From Spirochaetota bacterium (lineage in GTDB: Bacteria; Spirochaetota; Spirochaetia; ARS1246), in the NCBI GenBank assembly GCA_024275515.1, contig JAJRYZ010000255.1, positions 8,890 through 72,889 of the forward strand: a DNA stretch of 64,000 nucleotides. Reading direction: 5' to 3'. The notes under the pieces are model-generated. The model was not told where the DNA came from, did not search any database, and saw only the letters and a list, made by a program, of their open reading frames with translations. How positions within the stretch are numbered: position 1 is the stretch's first letter; every line of letters starts with the position of its first letter. Shown piece by piece: positions 49,924-61,094 of this stretch. The position numbers and the translations under genes were made by a program.

Positions 49924-50760
49924 ATGCCCGCCCAACCCATGTCGGTGAACGAGCTCGAAGACACGGCAGTGACGATCCGTAAAGACATTATTGAGATGAT
50001 TTCGACGGCCAAAGCGGGACATCCAGGGGGGAGTCTTTCCGCCGCCGACATAGTGACGGCGCTCTATTTCCGCATCATGCGCGTGGACCCCGACAACCCC
50101 GACCGGCCCGACCGGGACCGCTTTATTCTTTCAAAGGGCCACGCGTGTCCGGTATGGTATGCCGCGCTCGCCGAAAGGGGCTTTTTCGACAAAAAGCATC
50201 TCGGCACTCTCCGCAGACTGAACAGCATTCTACAGGGACATGCCGACATGAGAAAAACCCCCGGCGTCGATATGACCGTCGGATCTCTCGGACAGGGAAT
50301 TTCCGCCGGCCTCGGAATGGCGCTCAGCGGCAAGCTTCGGAAGAAGGACTACCACGTGTGGGTTATTGTCGGGGACGGTGAGTGTCAGGAAGGATCGGTG
50401 TGGGAGGCCGCCATGGCCGGCCCACGATGGAAGTTGGATAATTTCACCGTTATCGTAGACAAAAATCGCCTGCAAAACGACGCGTTTGTCGATGAAGTGA
50501 TGCCGGTTGATCCTTTGGCCGAAAAATGGCGGGCGTTCAACTGGAATGTCGTCGAGATCGACGGTCATGACATGCGGCAAGTTGTCGACGGTCTGGAGCA
50601 CGCCGCCGCGACGAAGGGCGGGCCGACGGTCGTCATCGCGCACACGATTAAGGGAAAAGGCGTTTCATTCATGGAAAATGTACCCAAGTGGCACGGCGCG
50701 GCGCCGAACGCCGAAGAAACGAAGATCGCCTTGTCGGAAATCATCGGAGCAAGAAAATGA
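49924..50760 (+). CDS. Split transketolase, N-terminal (ThDP-binding) subunit, copy 1
   Basis: GHPGGSLS, DRFILSKGH, LQGH, GSLGQG, GDGECQEG...DKN, KGKGV...WH. Confidence 0.93.
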   Translation: MPAQPMSVNELEDTAVTIRKDIIEMISTAKAGHPGGSLSAADIVTALYFRIMRVDPDNPDRPDRDRFILSKGHACPVWYAALAERGFFDKKHLGTLRRLNSILQGHADMRKTPGVDMTVGSLGQGISAGLGMALSGKLRKKDYHVWVIVGDGECQEGSVWEAAMAGPRWKLDNFTVIVDKNRLQNDAFVDEVMPVDPLAEKWRAFNWNVVEIDGHDMRQVVDGLEHAAATKGGPTVVIAHTIKGKGVSFMENVPKWHGAAPNAEETKIALSEIIGARK

Positions 50761-51776
50761 AACGAACCGATGATTCTGTCTATAAATACGTGCTCCCGGA
50801 GGTGATCGGTTGCTTGCTCCACGGTGACGCGTACCAGCGGCTGGACAAGCAGGCGACGCGCCACGCGTACGCCGAGGCGATTATCGAGGTGGGCGAGACA
50901 AACCCGGATGTAGTCGTCCTTGACGCCGATGTGGCCAACTCGATCAAAACGACGGAGTTTCGAAAACGTTTTCCGGAGAGGGAGTTCAACTTCGGCATAG
51001 CCGAGCAAAATATGATGGCCGCCGCGGCCGGCATGGCTTCCACCGGTCTCATTCCCTTCGTGTCGACCTACGCGGTTTTTGCGAGTCTGCGGGCGTTGGA
51101 TCAGTTGCGGAACAGTATTCATTATCCGCGGCTCAACGTAAAAGTCGCCGCGAGCCACAGCGGAATCACGCCCGGGCCCGATGGAGTCACCCATCAGGCA
51201 CAGGAAGACATGTCCATTCTGCGAAGCCTCGCGAACTCCACCGTAGTCGCGCCGGCGGATCCCGTTACTACGAAAAAGGCGATTCACGAGGCCGCGGAGT
51301 TCGTTGGACCCGTTTATATCAGCCTGACTCGCGATCCGGCGCCGTATCTATACGGCGAGGATTTCCCCTTTGAGATCGGCAAAGCGGTCACTATTCGGGA
51401 GGGAAGCGATATCGCGCTCATCGCCATCCGCGACCTGGTTTTTCAGGCCTTGATTGCGGCCGAGACACTGGCACGAGAAGGAATTGATGTTCGGGTAATC
51501 GATTGCCACACCCTCAAGCCTCTCGACGAAACGACGATTCTGCGCGCGGCCGGGGAAACCGGCGCCGTCGTAACCGCCGAAAACAACGTGATTTTCGGTG
51601 GTCTGGGGAGCGCGGTGGCGGAATTGCTGGTGGAGAATCACCCGATTCCCATGAGGCGGGTCGGTGTGCAAGACACATTTGCCGAATCGGGTCCGTACCT
51701 GGAGGTGATCGACAAGTACGGACTGACCTCGCCGCACATCGTGGAAGCGGTGCGGAATGTGCTGGCACGGCGATAG
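50757..51776 (+). CDS. Split transketolase, C-terminal (pyrimidine-binding) subunit, copy 1
   Basis: ATRHAY, GIAEQNM, RALDQ, SHSGITPGPDGVTHQ, TLKPLD, GGLGSAVAE. Confidence 0.93.
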   Translation: MKRTDDSVYKYVLPEVIGCLLHGDAYQRLDKQATRHAYAEAIIEVGETNPDVVVLDADVANSIKTTEFRKRFPEREFNFGIAEQNMMAAAAGMASTGLIPFVSTYAVFASLRALDQLRNSIHYPRLNVKVAASHSGITPGPDGVTHQAQEDMSILRSLANSTVVAPADPVTTKKAIHEAAEFVGPVYISLTRDPAPYLYGEDFPFEIGKAVTIREGSDIALIAIRDLVFQALIAAETLAREGIDVRVIDCHTLKPLDETTILRAAGETGAVVTAENNVIFGGLGSAVAELLVENHPIPMRRVGVQDTFAESGPYLEVIDKYGLTSPHIVEAVRNVLARR

Positions 51777-51816
51777 GGACGGCGCACGAGACGACGCGGT
51801 TGTGGTCGGACCGTAC

Positions 51817-51845
51817 TTGACTTTTGCCCTAGCGGATACTAATGT
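51817..51845 (+). promoter_or_regulatory. Sigma70-type promoter of the lacI-family gene
   Basis: TTGACT-N17-TAATGT. Confidence 0.6.
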
Positions 51846-51856
51846 GGACTCACCTA

Positions 51857-51874
51857 AACGTTACCGTTAACGTT
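51857..51874. promoter_or_regulatory. LacI-type operator (autoregulation)
   Basis: AACGTTACCGTTAACGTT, CG-centred palindrome with one mismatch, just downstream of the promoter. Confidence 0.7.
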
Positions 51875-51899
51875 AATGGACGTCGAGACGGGCGGGAGA

Positions 51900-52895
51900 A
51901 TGAGATCACCTACCATAAGAGATGTGGCGCAAGCCGCGAATGTTTCAACCAATACCGTTTCGCGAGCCCTCAATAATAAGCCCGATGTAAGCCCGGAGAC
52001 CCGCCGAAGAGTTCTTGCGGCCGCGAAGGAGCTGAATTATTCGCCGAACAATCTCGCCAGGAGCCTCATATCAAAGAAAACCGGCACTTTGGGAGTCGTC
52101 GTCACCGACAACGCCAATCCGTTCTACGCGCGAATAATAAAAGGCATAGAAGATGTGGGAAGGAGACACGGGTACAGCATCATTCTGTGCAACACCGACG
52201 AGGATTCGGAACGTGAAGAGGAGGCAATCCGCCTTCTCCAACAGAAGCGTGTGGACGGGATTCTGATAACGCCGGTACAAAAAGATTTTCGGTATCTTGA
52301 AGTACTGCGGAACTATCAGAGTCCTTTTGTGCTGCTCAACCGCCATCCGAAGAATGAAATGGTCGACTATGTAATCAACGACAATGCGTACGGCGCGCGT
52401 CTCGCGATCGGGCGGTTGATCTCCGTCGGTCGCCGGAAGATAGCGTATATCTGCGGACCCTCCACTATATCTAGTGTTCAAGAGCGCCTTGAAGGATGTT
52501 TCGCCGCGATGGAGGCGGGCGGGCTGTCGCCGAAATCCCTTCATGTCGAGAGAACCAATTTGAAAATGGAGGACGGCTTTGAGGCAATGCAGAAACTGCT
52601 CGAGAACGACCGGCCGGACGGCGTTTTCGCTTACAGCGACATTCTCGCCATAGGCGCCATGAAGTCCATTCTGGAGGCGAATCTGAGAATACCCGAAGAC
52701 ATCGCCTTGATCGGTTATGACGACATCGAGTTCGCGAGTATGCTGGAGGTTCCTTTGACGACGGTGCGGCAGCCGCGGTATCGAATCGGAGAAAAGGCGG
52801 CGAATATGCTCATAAACAAGTTGAACAACAAGAACGGTACGGAAGTCGAAAGCGTTGTTCTGCGACCGGAACTGATTCTTCGAAAATCTGCGTAA
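51900..52895 (+). CDS. LacI-family transcriptional regulator
   Basis: TIRDVAQAANVSTNTVSRALN, YSPNNLARSL, IPEDIALIGYDD, PLTTVRQP. Confidence 0.95.
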   Translation: MRSPTIRDVAQAANVSTNTVSRALNNKPDVSPETRRRVLAAAKELNYSPNNLARSLISKKTGTLGVVVTDNANPFYARIIKGIEDVGRRHGYSIILCNTDEDSEREEEAIRLLQQKRVDGILITPVQKDFRYLEVLRNYQSPFVLLNRHPKNEMVDYVINDNAYGARLAIGRLISVGRRKIAYICGPSTISSVQERLEGCFAAMEAGGLSPKSLHVERTNLKMEDGFEAMQKLLENDRPDGVFAYSDILAIGAMKSILEANLRIPEDIALIGYDDIEFASMLEVPLTTVRQPRYRIGEKAANMLINKLNNKNGTEVESVVLRPELILRKSA

Positions 52896-53123
52896 GAGAC
52901 TGCCGTCGGATCGACGTGAATCCCGCGAGGTTGCGGCGGCAAATCCGTTTGGGTTCGTGGACGGAGGAAGGGATACCGTTGTGGAGTATCATATGGCCGG
53001 CGCCCGGACGGGAACCGTGGAAAGGATTCTTCACCGGATCGAGCAGGATCGGAGAGTCATGCACGAGATGTGCGGCGGAGCGACCGGGGGTGTCGTCTTC
53101 GGCGGGTTGACCGAGGCGGCCCG

Positions 53124-54560
53124 ATGAATCGGCCGAATATCCTTCTTTTATGCGCCGATATGGCCGGCGCCGCCGATTTCGGTTGTTACGGAAGCGTGTC
53201 CGACATTACGCCGAACATCGACGGCCTCGCCGCCGCCGGCGTGCTCTTTGAACAAGCCTACTGCCCGTGCCCGCCGTGTATTCCCGCTCGGGTTTCCCTG
53301 ATGAGCGGTCTCTACGCTCATACCCACGGCAAGATCGCGCACCTCAAAATGCGCCCGGCGCCGCAGCCGCCGCTTCTCCCCGAGTTGCTGTCCCGGGCGG
53401 GGTATCGTGCCGGAATTGTGGGAAAAACCCACTGGTGGCCGCCGACGGCGACGCTCGGTTGTGACGATACATACATTACCATCGACAATCATCTTACTCC
53501 GGAGCTCGGGAAGAACGACGCGTACATGCAGTTCCTCGAATCGAAAGGCCTATTCGAGTACGACGACGACACGTGGGAACACGAAAAAGACAAACTCAAA
53601 CCCGATCTGCTTCCATTCGACTGTCTGAAGGCGAATTGGACGGCCCGGCAGACCTGTGAGCTTCTTGCGACCTACGCCCGGAATGAAGAACCGTTTTTCC
53701 TTTTTTGCTCATTTGTCGAGCCCCACGGCGCAGGCAAGGTCCCAAGCGAATACCTCGAAAAGATCGACGCCGCCACGCTTCCGCCTATAATCGAGCGGAA
53801 CGGCGAGCATGAGGACAAGCCGCGGATTCAAAGACGGGCCGTTGAGCGCTGGACCGTTGAACGAGACGCAAAGGAGACATATCGCAGAGAGGTGTACGCC
53901 GGAATCGGGTTGGTCGATCAGAATGTCGGCAAAATTCTCGACACCGTGCGCGAGCTGGGTTTGGCGGAGAACACGGCGGTTGTTTTTTTGACCGATCACG
54001 GTGATCTGATGTATGACCACGGGTGTATCGAAAAGACCTTTCTCTACGAGCAGGCGATTCGCATCCCGTTTCTCATATCCGGACCGGGAATTCCATCAGG
54101 CGAGAGAAGGAAGCACTTGGTCAGTCAAATCGATCTTCTCCCGACCATTCTCGACCTCTGCGATATCGAAGTCGATTCTCTGAGAATCGAGGGGCGAAGC
54201 GTGCTGCCGATAATACGGAACCCGGGCGTCGACTGGCGCACCAGGTTATATGCCGAAGTCGATCAAACGGTTCATCTCAAAGGGCTCGTCTCGAGCGCCT
54301 CGGCCAAGATGGTCCGGGAGGGATCGTGGAAGTATATCTACACGCTGGTTGAGGGCCATGTGGTGGAAGAGGAGCTTTACGATCTGGACGAAGACCCCGA
54401 TGAGTTGTTCAACAAGGCCGGCCTACCGGCCCACCGGGAGAGGCTGCGCGCGTTTCAGGCCGACATCCTTCGGTGGTTGGTGGCCACGGAGGTAAACAGA
54501 TCGCATCCTGCGCCGGAGAATCACTACCCGGTGCCGAGCATTGACAAACGATTCTTCTAG
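53124..54560 (+). CDS. Cys-type sulfatase (S1 family)
   Basis: [20 protein letters not shown] (CxPxR), GKTH, EPH, TDHGD, EK...[19 protein letters not shown]. Confidence 0.9.
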   Translation: MNRPNILLLCADMAGAADFGCYGSVSDITPNIDGLAAAGVLFEQAYCPCPPCIPARVSLMSGLYAHTHGKIAHLKMRPAPQPPLLPELLSRAGYRAGIVGKTHWWPPTATLGCDDTYITIDNHLTPELGKNDAYMQFLESKGLFEYDDDTWEHEKDKLKPDLLPFDCLKANWTARQTCELLATYARNEEPFFLFCSFVEPHGAGKVPSEYLEKIDAATLPPIIERNGEHEDKPRIQRRAVERWTVERDAKETYRREVYAGIGLVDQNVGKILDTVRELGLAENTAVVFLTDHGDLMYDHGCIEKTFLYEQAIRIPFLISGPGIPSGERRKHLVSQIDLLPTILDLCDIEVDSLRIEGRSVLPIIRNPGVDWRTRLYAEVDQTVHLKGLVSSASAKMVREGSWKYIYTLVEGHVVEEELYDLDEDPDELFNKAGLPAHRERLRAFQADILRWLVATEVNRSHPAPENHYPVPSIDKRFF

Positions 54561-54575
54561 ACGGTGGGTTGAGTT

Positions 54576-55589
54576 TTGAATAACAACATTCTTGAGATAA
54601 AGAACCTGAGAACCTATTTCTTTCTCGATGAGGGCACTCTGAAAGCGGTCGACGACGTCAGCTTCTCCGTGCGAGAGAGGCAGATTCTCGGTGTCATCGG
54701 GGAGAGCGGCTGCGGAAAAAGCGTTACCGCGCAATCGGTCATCCGCATAGTGCCTCGACCGGGGAAGATCGTCGGTGGGAGTATTCTTTTCCATCGGGAC
54801 GGTGAACAGATCGATATCGTCGGACTCGACGTGAACGGCGAAGCGGTCCGAGCGATACGGGGCAAAGAGATTACCATGATTTTTCAGGAGCCGATGACAA
54901 GTCTCTCTCCGGTTCACACGATCGGCAACCAGATCATGGAGGTGATTCTTCTTCATAAGACCAAGGATCGGAAAGAAGCGCGGGAGGCGACCATCGAGAT
55001 GCTGGCGAAGGTAGGTATGCCCGAACCGGTCAAGCGCGTCGACTATTACCCGCATCAATTGTCGGGGGGGCTTCGGCAACGCGCGATGATCGCGATGGCG
55101 CTCTCGTGCGGCCCATCGCTTCTGATAGCCGATGAGCCGACCACCGCGCTTGATGTGACGGTTCAAGCGCAGATACTCGATCTCATGCGGTCTCTTCAGG
55201 ACCAGTTCGGAATGGCCGTACTCTATATTACGCACGATTTGGGAGTCATAGCGGAGATCGCCTCCGAGGTGGTGGTGATGTATCTGGGCAGAATTGTCGA
55301 ACGGGCGCCGACATTGCAGATTTTCAGAAAGCCGCTTCATCCGTACACCTCGGCACTGCTCAGATCGATCCCCAAGCGCGGCGCCGAGGCGAAGAAGCGA
55401 TTGGAAGCCATTACCGGCACGGTTCCGGTCCCATTGGATCCGAGACCGGAATGTGGTTTCGTCTCCAGATGTTCCCGAGCCGTCGCGGGCCTGTGCCACA
55501 AAAGGATACCGGAGCTTGTCGAGGTGGAGGAAGACCACTTCGTGCGCTGCTTTCTCACGCACCGCGAGGAGGTGGAAACGAATGAATAA
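54576..55589 (+). CDS. Opp/Dpp-type ABC transporter ATPase (OppD-like)
   Basis: [35 protein letters not shown]. Confidence 0.94.
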   Translation: MNNNILEIKNLRTYFFLDEGTLKAVDDVSFSVRERQILGVIGESGCGKSVTAQSVIRIVPRPGKIVGGSILFHRDGEQIDIVGLDVNGEAVRAIRGKEITMIFQEPMTSLSPVHTIGNQIMEVILLHKTKDRKEAREATIEMLAKVGMPEPVKRVDYYPHQLSGGLRQRAMIAMALSCGPSLLIADEPTTALDVTVQAQILDLMRSLQDQFGMAVLYITHDLGVIAEIASEVVVMYLGRIVERAPTLQIFRKPLHPYTSALLRSIPKRGAEAKKRLEAITGTVPVPLDPRPECGFVSRCSRAVAGLCHKRIPELVEVEEDHFVRCFLTHREEVETNE

Positions 55590-56601
55590 GGCGACCGCTT
55601 CCCGACCCCTTCTCGACGTGAAATCTCTCAAGAAGTATTTTCCGATAGAAGCCGGTTTTCTGAAAAGGGTCTCCGGATTCGTCAAGGCGGTGGACGATGT
55701 CAGTCTGTATGTCAACGAGGGTGAAACTCTCGGTTTGGTGGGTGAATCGGGATGCGGCAAAACGACGTTCGGGCGATGTGTTTTGCGCGCTATCGAACCG
55801 ACCGAGGGACAAGTCTACTTCAGACGCAGCGACGACACCGTCGTAGACATCGCGCGGCTTGACAAAGTCGAGCTCAAGGAACTCCGCAAGGAAGTTCAAA
55901 TGATTTTTCAGGATCCATATTCTTCTCTGGATCCGAGAATGACGATTCTTAATATCGTCGGAGAACCAATCAAATCGAACAAGATCGCCGCGGGAAAGGA
56001 ACTCGAAGAGAGAGTCAAAGAATTGATGTCGGTGGTCGGATTGGAGGTGAAGCACCTCAAAAGATATCCCCATGCTTTCAGCGGCGGCCAGCGGCAACGG
56101 ATCGGCATCGCCCGGGCGCTGGCGGCAAATCCAAAGCTCATCGTCGCCGATGAGCCGGTGTCGGCGCTCGATGTATCGGTTCAGGCGCAAATTCTCAATC
56201 TGCTGCAGGATCTTCAGCAAGAATACCATCTCACATATCTTTTTGTTGCTCATGACCTGAGCGTCATCGAACACATATCGGACCGCGTGGCGGTCATGTA
56301 CGTGGGAAAGATCGTGGAGATGGCCGAAACCGCGGAGCTTTTTTCACATCCCAAACATCCGTACACGGAGGCGCTTCTGTCTGCGGCGCCGCAGCCCGAC
56401 CCCGAGCACAAGATGAATCGGATCATCCTTCCCGGCGAGGTGGCAAACCCCGCCGATCCGCCGTCCGGATGCTATTTCCACCCCCGGTGCTTGTACGACA
56501 AAAAGATCTGCAGACGCGAGGCGCCGGTATGGGAAGAGATTGCACCCGACCATTTCGCCGCGTGCCATTTTGCGCGTGAGTTTGAGCTTCGCGGAGACTG
56601 A
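55582..56601 (+). CDS. Opp/Dpp-type ABC transporter ATPase (OppF-like)
   Basis: [44 protein letters not shown]. Confidence 0.94.
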   Translation: MNKATASRPLLDVKSLKKYFPIEAGFLKRVSGFVKAVDDVSLYVNEGETLGLVGESGCGKTTFGRCVLRAIEPTEGQVYFRRSDDTVVDIARLDKVELKELRKEVQMIFQDPYSSLDPRMTILNIVGEPIKSNKIAAGKELEERVKELMSVVGLEVKHLKRYPHAFSGGQRQRIGIARALAANPKLIVADEPVSALDVSVQAQILNLLQDLQQEYHLTYLFVAHDLSVIEHISDRVAVMYVGKIVEMAETAELFSHPKHPYTEALLSAAPQPDPEHKMNRIILPGEVANPADPPSGCYFHPRCLYDKKICRREAPVWEEIAPDHFAACHFAREFELRGD

Positions 56602-56669
56602 AAGGGCGACGCGACCGAGAAGCGCCTCGTCGCTCCGGATTGAGAACGACAGATCGGTGTCGGAAAAGC

Positions 56670-56698
56670 TTGACAGCGCGACGGTGACCATTTAGAAT
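56670..56698 (+). promoter_or_regulatory. Near-consensus sigma70 promoter upstream of the permease genes
   Basis: TTGACA-N17-TAGAAT. Confidence 0.8.
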
Positions 56699-56707
56699 AC
56701 CCTAAAC

Positions 56708-56731
56708 CTTACCGGTAAGCTTACCGGTAAC
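56708..56731. promoter_or_regulatory. Tandem LacI-type operators
   Basis: CTTACCGGTAAG-CTTACCGGTAAC; 56709-56730 is a perfect 22-bp palindrome. Confidence 0.75.
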
Positions 56732-56769
56732 GGTATTCATTTTGCGCACTCGATCGAGGATGCCGGCAT

Positions 56770-57756
56770 ATGGGCGTTTTTCTGGCGCGCCGCTTTCTCT
56801 ACATGGTCCTCATGCTCTTCCTTGTTTCTATCGTGTCGTTCATCATCATCAATCTTCCCCCCGGCGATTTCATGGATTCTTATATCGCCAGGCTGCAGTC
56901 GTCGGGAACGGAGATAGACCTGGCGACAATCGACGCGCTCAGAAAGAACTACGGACTCGATAAGCCCGTCTTTGCGCAGTACGTACTGTGGTTTTCGGGC
57001 CTTTTCGTGGGAGATTTCGGGTGGTCCTTTGATTACTCGGAGCCGGTCTCCAAGCTGATCGGGGAGCGTGTTGTTCTCACCGTCGTGATCTCCCTCGTCA
57101 CGCTGATTTTTACCTACGCGGTGGCAATACCTATCGGAGTCATCAGCGCGACTCGCCAGTACTCGTTTGTCGACTATCTCTTTACTTTTCTTGGATTCAT
57201 CGGTCTGGCCACACCCAACTTTCTGCTGGCTCTTCTATTGATGTTCTTCGCATTTCAATTCTTTGGGGCAACGGTCGGCGGACTGTTTTCGATGCAGTAC
57301 GCGAACGCGCCCTGGAGCATGGCAAAGGTAATCGATATGCTCCGCCACCTCTGGATTCCCGTCATTGTTCTCGGTACGGCGGGCACGGCGGGAATCATCA
57401 GGGTCATGCGCGCGTGTCTACTCGACGAGCTACGCAAGGCCTATGTCATGACCGCCCGGTCCAAAGGTCTGAAGGAAGGACGGGTAATCGTCAAATACCC
57501 CGTCCGAATCGCAATCAATCCGATTATCAGCACGATCGGGTGGCTTCTGCCGCAGATAATATCGGGGGCGGCCATCGTTTCCGTGGTCCTGTCCCTGCCT
57601 ACGGTGGGAAGTCTGTTGCTACGAGCGCTGCGTACTCAGGATATGTACCTGGCCGGCAGCATGATCATGTTGCTGAGCTTCCTCACGATAATCGGGACGC
57701 TGGTTTCGGACATTCTGCTGGCCGTGGTCGATCCGCGGATACGTCTGGGTGGATGA
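56770..57756 (+). CDS. Opp/Dpp-type ABC permease (OppB-like)
   Basis: LPPGD, YGLDKP...QY..W, GDFG.S, TARSKGL, DPRIR. Confidence 0.93.
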   Translation: MGVFLARRFLYMVLMLFLVSIVSFIIINLPPGDFMDSYIARLQSSGTEIDLATIDALRKNYGLDKPVFAQYVLWFSGLFVGDFGWSFDYSEPVSKLIGERVVLTVVISLVTLIFTYAVAIPIGVISATRQYSFVDYLFTFLGFIGLATPNFLLALLLMFFAFQFFGATVGGLFSMQYANAPWSMAKVIDMLRHLWIPVIVLGTAGTAGIIRVMRACLLDELRKAYVMTARSKGLKEGRVIVKYPVRIAINPIISTIGWLLPQIISGAAIVSVVLSLPTVGSLLLRALRTQDMYLAGSMIMLLSFLTIIGTLVSDILLAVVDPRIRLGG

Positions 57757-57773
57757 CGTGTGGAGGGCGCACC

Positions 57774-58916
57774 GTGGAGAGTGAAGCCGTGACGGCGACG
57801 GCGGAATCGAATTCCGAGAAGGCCGCGGAAGATCGATACTATACGGCCACCCAGACCCAGCTCATCATTCGAGCTTTCAAGAAGCACAAACCGGCGGTCG
57901 TGAGCGCGTTCATCCTCTTCCTCTTCTACGTAACCGCGTCGTTTGCGGAATTTCTGTCGCCATACGGGCCGTTTGACCGGTACTCGGAGTTTATTCACGC
58001 TCCACCGACCAAAATACACTTTGTGCACAACGGTTCGTTTTCTCTTCGCCCGTTCGTCTACCGCCAAATCCAAGTACTGGACATGGAGACTCTCCAGCGC
58101 TTCTACGAAGAAGACAAGAGTGAACCGTACTACATCAAGTTTTTTACGCGTTCGGTGGAGTACAAAATGTGGTCTCTGTTCGACGGCAACCTGCATCTTT
58201 TCGGAGTCGAGCAACCTGCTCATCTTTTCCTCTTCGGAACAGACGAGCTGGGGCGGGACATGTTCAGTCGAATCGTTTTCGCCAGTCGGATCTCTCTTTC
58301 CATAGGATTCGTGGGCGTCATTCTCAGCTTCGTGCTGGGTGCGACCCTCGGCGCCATTTCGGGATACTTCGGAGGCGTGGCCGACGCCATTATCCAACGC
58401 ATCATAGAGCTTCTCCGATCGATTCCCACCATACCTTTGTGGATGGGGTTGGCCGCCGCGGTGCCTCCCGACTGGACGCCCATAATGCGGTATTTCGCCA
58501 TCACCGTCATCCTGTCTCTCGTCGCGTGGACGGGGTTGGCCCGAGTGGTGCGGGGGAAGTTTCTCGAATTGCGCGAAGAAGAGTTTATTATGGCGGCGAG
58601 ATTGGCGGGAACGGGAACTTTCAAGATCATACTTACGCATATGTTTCCGGGCTTTATCAGCTACCTGATTGTCAACGCGACTCTTGCGGTTCCTCGGATG
58701 ATTCTGGCTGAGACATCTTTGAGCTTTCTCGGTCTGGGTTTGAGGCCGCCCGTGGTGAGTTGGGGGGTGTTGTTACAGAAAGCTCAAAACGTTCGGACGA
58801 TGGCGATACAGCCGTGGCTGCTCATACCGGTCATTTTCGTGATTGTTACGGTCCTTTTGTTTAGTTTCATCGGCGACGGGCTCAGAGACGCCGCAGATCC
58901 GTATAAGAGCGCATGA
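57774..58916 (+). CDS. Opp/Dpp-type ABC permease (OppC-like)
   Basis: LFGTDELGRDMFSR, SGYFGG, AETSLSFLGLG, GDGLRDAADP. GTG start after GGAGG. Confidence 0.92.
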   Translation: MESEAVTATAESNSEKAAEDRYYTATQTQLIIRAFKKHKPAVVSAFILFLFYVTASFAEFLSPYGPFDRYSEFIHAPPTKIHFVHNGSFSLRPFVYRQIQVLDMETLQRFYEEDKSEPYYIKFFTRSVEYKMWSLFDGNLHLFGVEQPAHLFLFGTDELGRDMFSRIVFASRISLSIGFVGVILSFVLGATLGAISGYFGGVADAIIQRIIELLRSIPTIPLWMGLAAAVPPDWTPIMRYFAITVILSLVAWTGLARVVRGKFLELREEEFIMAARLAGTGTFKIILTHMFPGFISYLIVNATLAVPRMILAETSLSFLGLGLRPPVVSWGVLLQKAQNVRTMAIQPWLLIPVIFVIVTVLLFSFIGDGLRDAADPYKSA

Positions 58917-59081
58917 TGAGTGAAAACCTGGAGCATAAGCGTCCGTCGGAATCAATGGTCTGGCGGAGAGAAAACCAACAGGCGCACGGAGGGAAAACAA
59001 AGGCCTGCATCTTTCCGCGTCGTTGCTTGTGGCGGCAGCTTAATGCGACAGATAGATATTATTAATCCATGGAGGAAAGTT

Positions 59082-61055
59082 GTGAGATCAGTTCTGAAAA
59101 AGTCGCTGACGTTGCTTCTCATACTGGTCGGCTCGGCGCAAATCCTAAGCGCCGGCGGCAAGACGGAAAGCGGCGCGACGACCACGACTACGACCACGAC
59201 GGCGGCGGTCGGTAAGTACAACGAATCGCCGATTCTGGCCGCAAAAGTCCAGGCCGGAGAGTTGCCGCCCGTTGAAGAGAGGCTTCCACCCAATCCGGTC
59301 GTCGTAGAACCGCTCGAGAGCATCGGAAAGTACGGCGGGACGCTGCAGATCGGCCTTTCGGGAACGTACTCCTGGTTCGGAGACGGACAGTCGGCCATCG
59401 GACCGGAAACGCTCTTTCGAATCAAGGCGGACTACAGCGGAATCGAGGCGAACCTGATTCGCGAGTGGGAATGGTCCAATGAGGGCAAAACGCTCGTCAT
59501 CCACTTGGTGGAGGGCGCCAAATGGTCCGACGGGGTGCCGTTTACCGCCGACGCCATTATGTTCTGGTACGAAGACATCCTTCTCAACGAAGAGCTTACG
59601 CCTTCCGGCCCGGCGCCCCGATGGAAGCCGGGAGGCGAGGTGATGAAGCTGACCAAGCTGGATGATTACACCATTCGGTATGATTTCGCCGTCCCTTATC
59701 CGGTTATTGAAATCATCTACGCGCACTATCAAGGAGGACAGTACACCTGGGTGCCGGGCCATTATCTGAAGCAGTTCCACGCGAAGTACACGGACAAGGC
59801 AAAACTGACGGCCCTGGCAAAGGAAGAGGGATTTGACGAGTGGTACCAGCTGTTCAACGCTAAGAACAGAATCGCCAGCGTAATTCCGGCGGCGATAGAC
59901 CTGCCGACGATGAGCGCTTACATGGTCGTTGCCTCGAGCCCGGAAAGCCATACGCTGGTGCGTAATCCCTACTATTGGAAGGTGGATCCGGCGGGCAATC
60001 AATTGCCGTATATCGACGAGGTTCATCTCGGCGTCTATACCGACCGCGAGGTTTTGGTGTTGAAGGCCATACAGGGAGAGTTCGACATATTCGGTCAGAA
60101 CAGCGCTCTCGCGGACTATCCTGTGTACCAGAAGAACAAAGAAAAAGGAGGGTACGAGGTATATAAATGGGTCGACGCCAATGCAAACCTGATGGCGTGG
60201 AACTTCAATCTAACAATCGACGATCCGGTCAAGAGAGAGATATTCCGAGACAGAAGATTCCGGATCGCGTTTTCGCATGCTCTCAACAGGGACGAAATCA
60301 ACGAGACTCAGTTTTTCGGGCTGGCAACTCCGATGGCGGCGACCGCGCATCCCAGGACCCCGTGGTTCAAGCAAGAATACGCCGATGCATACATCGAGTA
60401 TGATCCGGACAAGGCGAACAGGCTTCTTGACGAAATGGGACTGGATAAGAGGGGAAGCGACGGCTATCGTCTTATGAAAGACGGAAGAACGCTGGAAATA
60501 ACCCTCGAGTATCCCCCGGACGTGCACACGTGGGCGCCGCCGATCGTAGAGCTTGTCGTTGATTACATGAAGGACATCGGCATTAAGCTGAACGTGAAAG
60601 CCGACGACAGGACTCTGTACGGCCAGCGCGTGGCGGACAATCAAGTCGAGATGAACGAATGGGCGACCGTTGGATTCACCACCACCATGCTCACCGACCC
60701 GCGGTGCTTTGTTCCTTATCGGTTGGGGGATGAGACGATCTGGTACCGCAAGTGGGCCGAATGGTACGTGTCCGACGGCGAACAAGGCGAGAAACCTATT
60801 CCGGAGGTAATGGATCTTATTGGCTGGTATGAAGAGATGATTACGATCGTTGATCCGGTAGAGCGCGCCGCCGTGATCGATAAGATCTTGAAATCTCATG
60901 CGGAGAACCTCTGGACGATTGGAACCATCGGCAACACGGTGAAACCGGTGTTGGTCAATGTCAACCTCGGGAATGTGCCCAAAGAGGGCGTGCACGGCTA
61001 CGACGCGATTCGCATGCAGCCGAACCATCCCGAGACCTTCTTTTTCAAGAACTAA
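59082..61055 (+). CDS. Family 5 (OppA-like) solute-binding protein, of the type often binding oligosaccharides
   Basis: GELPPVEERLP..P, GKYGG, KWSDG.PFTA, RNPYYWKVD..GNQLPYID, R.A.S.A.NR.EI; GTG after GGAGG. Confidence 0.92.
   Translation: MRSVLKKSLTLLLILVGSAQILSAGGKTESGATTTTTTTTAAVGKYNESPILAAKVQAGELPPVEERLPPNPVVVEPLESIGKYGGTLQIGLSGTYSWFGDGQSAIGPETLFRIKADYSGIEANLIREWEWSNEGKTLVIHLVEGAKWSDGVPFTADAIMFWYEDILLNEELTPSGPAPRWKPGGEVMKLTKLDDYTIRYDFAVPYPVIEIIYAHYQGGQYTWVPGHYLKQFHAKYTDKAKLTALAKEEGFDEWYQLFNAKNRIASVIPAAIDLPTMSAYMVVASSPESHTLVRNPYYWKVDPAGNQLPYIDEVHLGVYTDREVLVLKAIQGEFDIFGQNSALADYPVYQKNKEKGGYEVYKWVDANANLMAWNFNLTIDDPVKREIFRDRRFRIAFSHALNRDEINETQFFGLATPMAATAHPRTPWFKQEYADAYIEYDPDKANRLLDEMGLDKRGSDGYRLMKDGRTLEITLEYPPDVHTWAPPIVELVVDYMKDIGIKLNVKADDRTLYGQRVADNQVEMNEWATVGFTTTMLTDPRCFVPYRLGDETIWYRKWAEWYVSDGEQGEKPIPEVMDLIGWYEEMITIVDPVERAAVIDKILKSHAENLWTIGTIGNTVKPVLVNVNLGNVPKEGVHGYDAIRMQPNHPETFFFKN
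59178..59201 (+). repeat. Eight-codon Thr run (ACN)8 in the SBP N-terminal linker
   Basis: ACG ACC ACG ACT ACG ACC ACG ACG. Confidence 0.8.
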
Positions 61056-61094
61056 GCACCGGCGGAATCGCCGAATCGTGCGACACTGTTGGGC

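Noticed and set aside
54423-55760. Long antisense ORFs (for example 54423-55760, 61936-63285, 31386-32786, 48153-49208, 15805-16869)
   Set aside because: They are shadows of well-supported genes on the opposite strand, expected in GC-rich DNA, and carry no recognisable motifs.
59178-59201. Thr-codon run as a phase-variable repeat
   Set aside because: Synonymous codons are mixed and the unit is a triplet, so this is an ordinary flexible linker.
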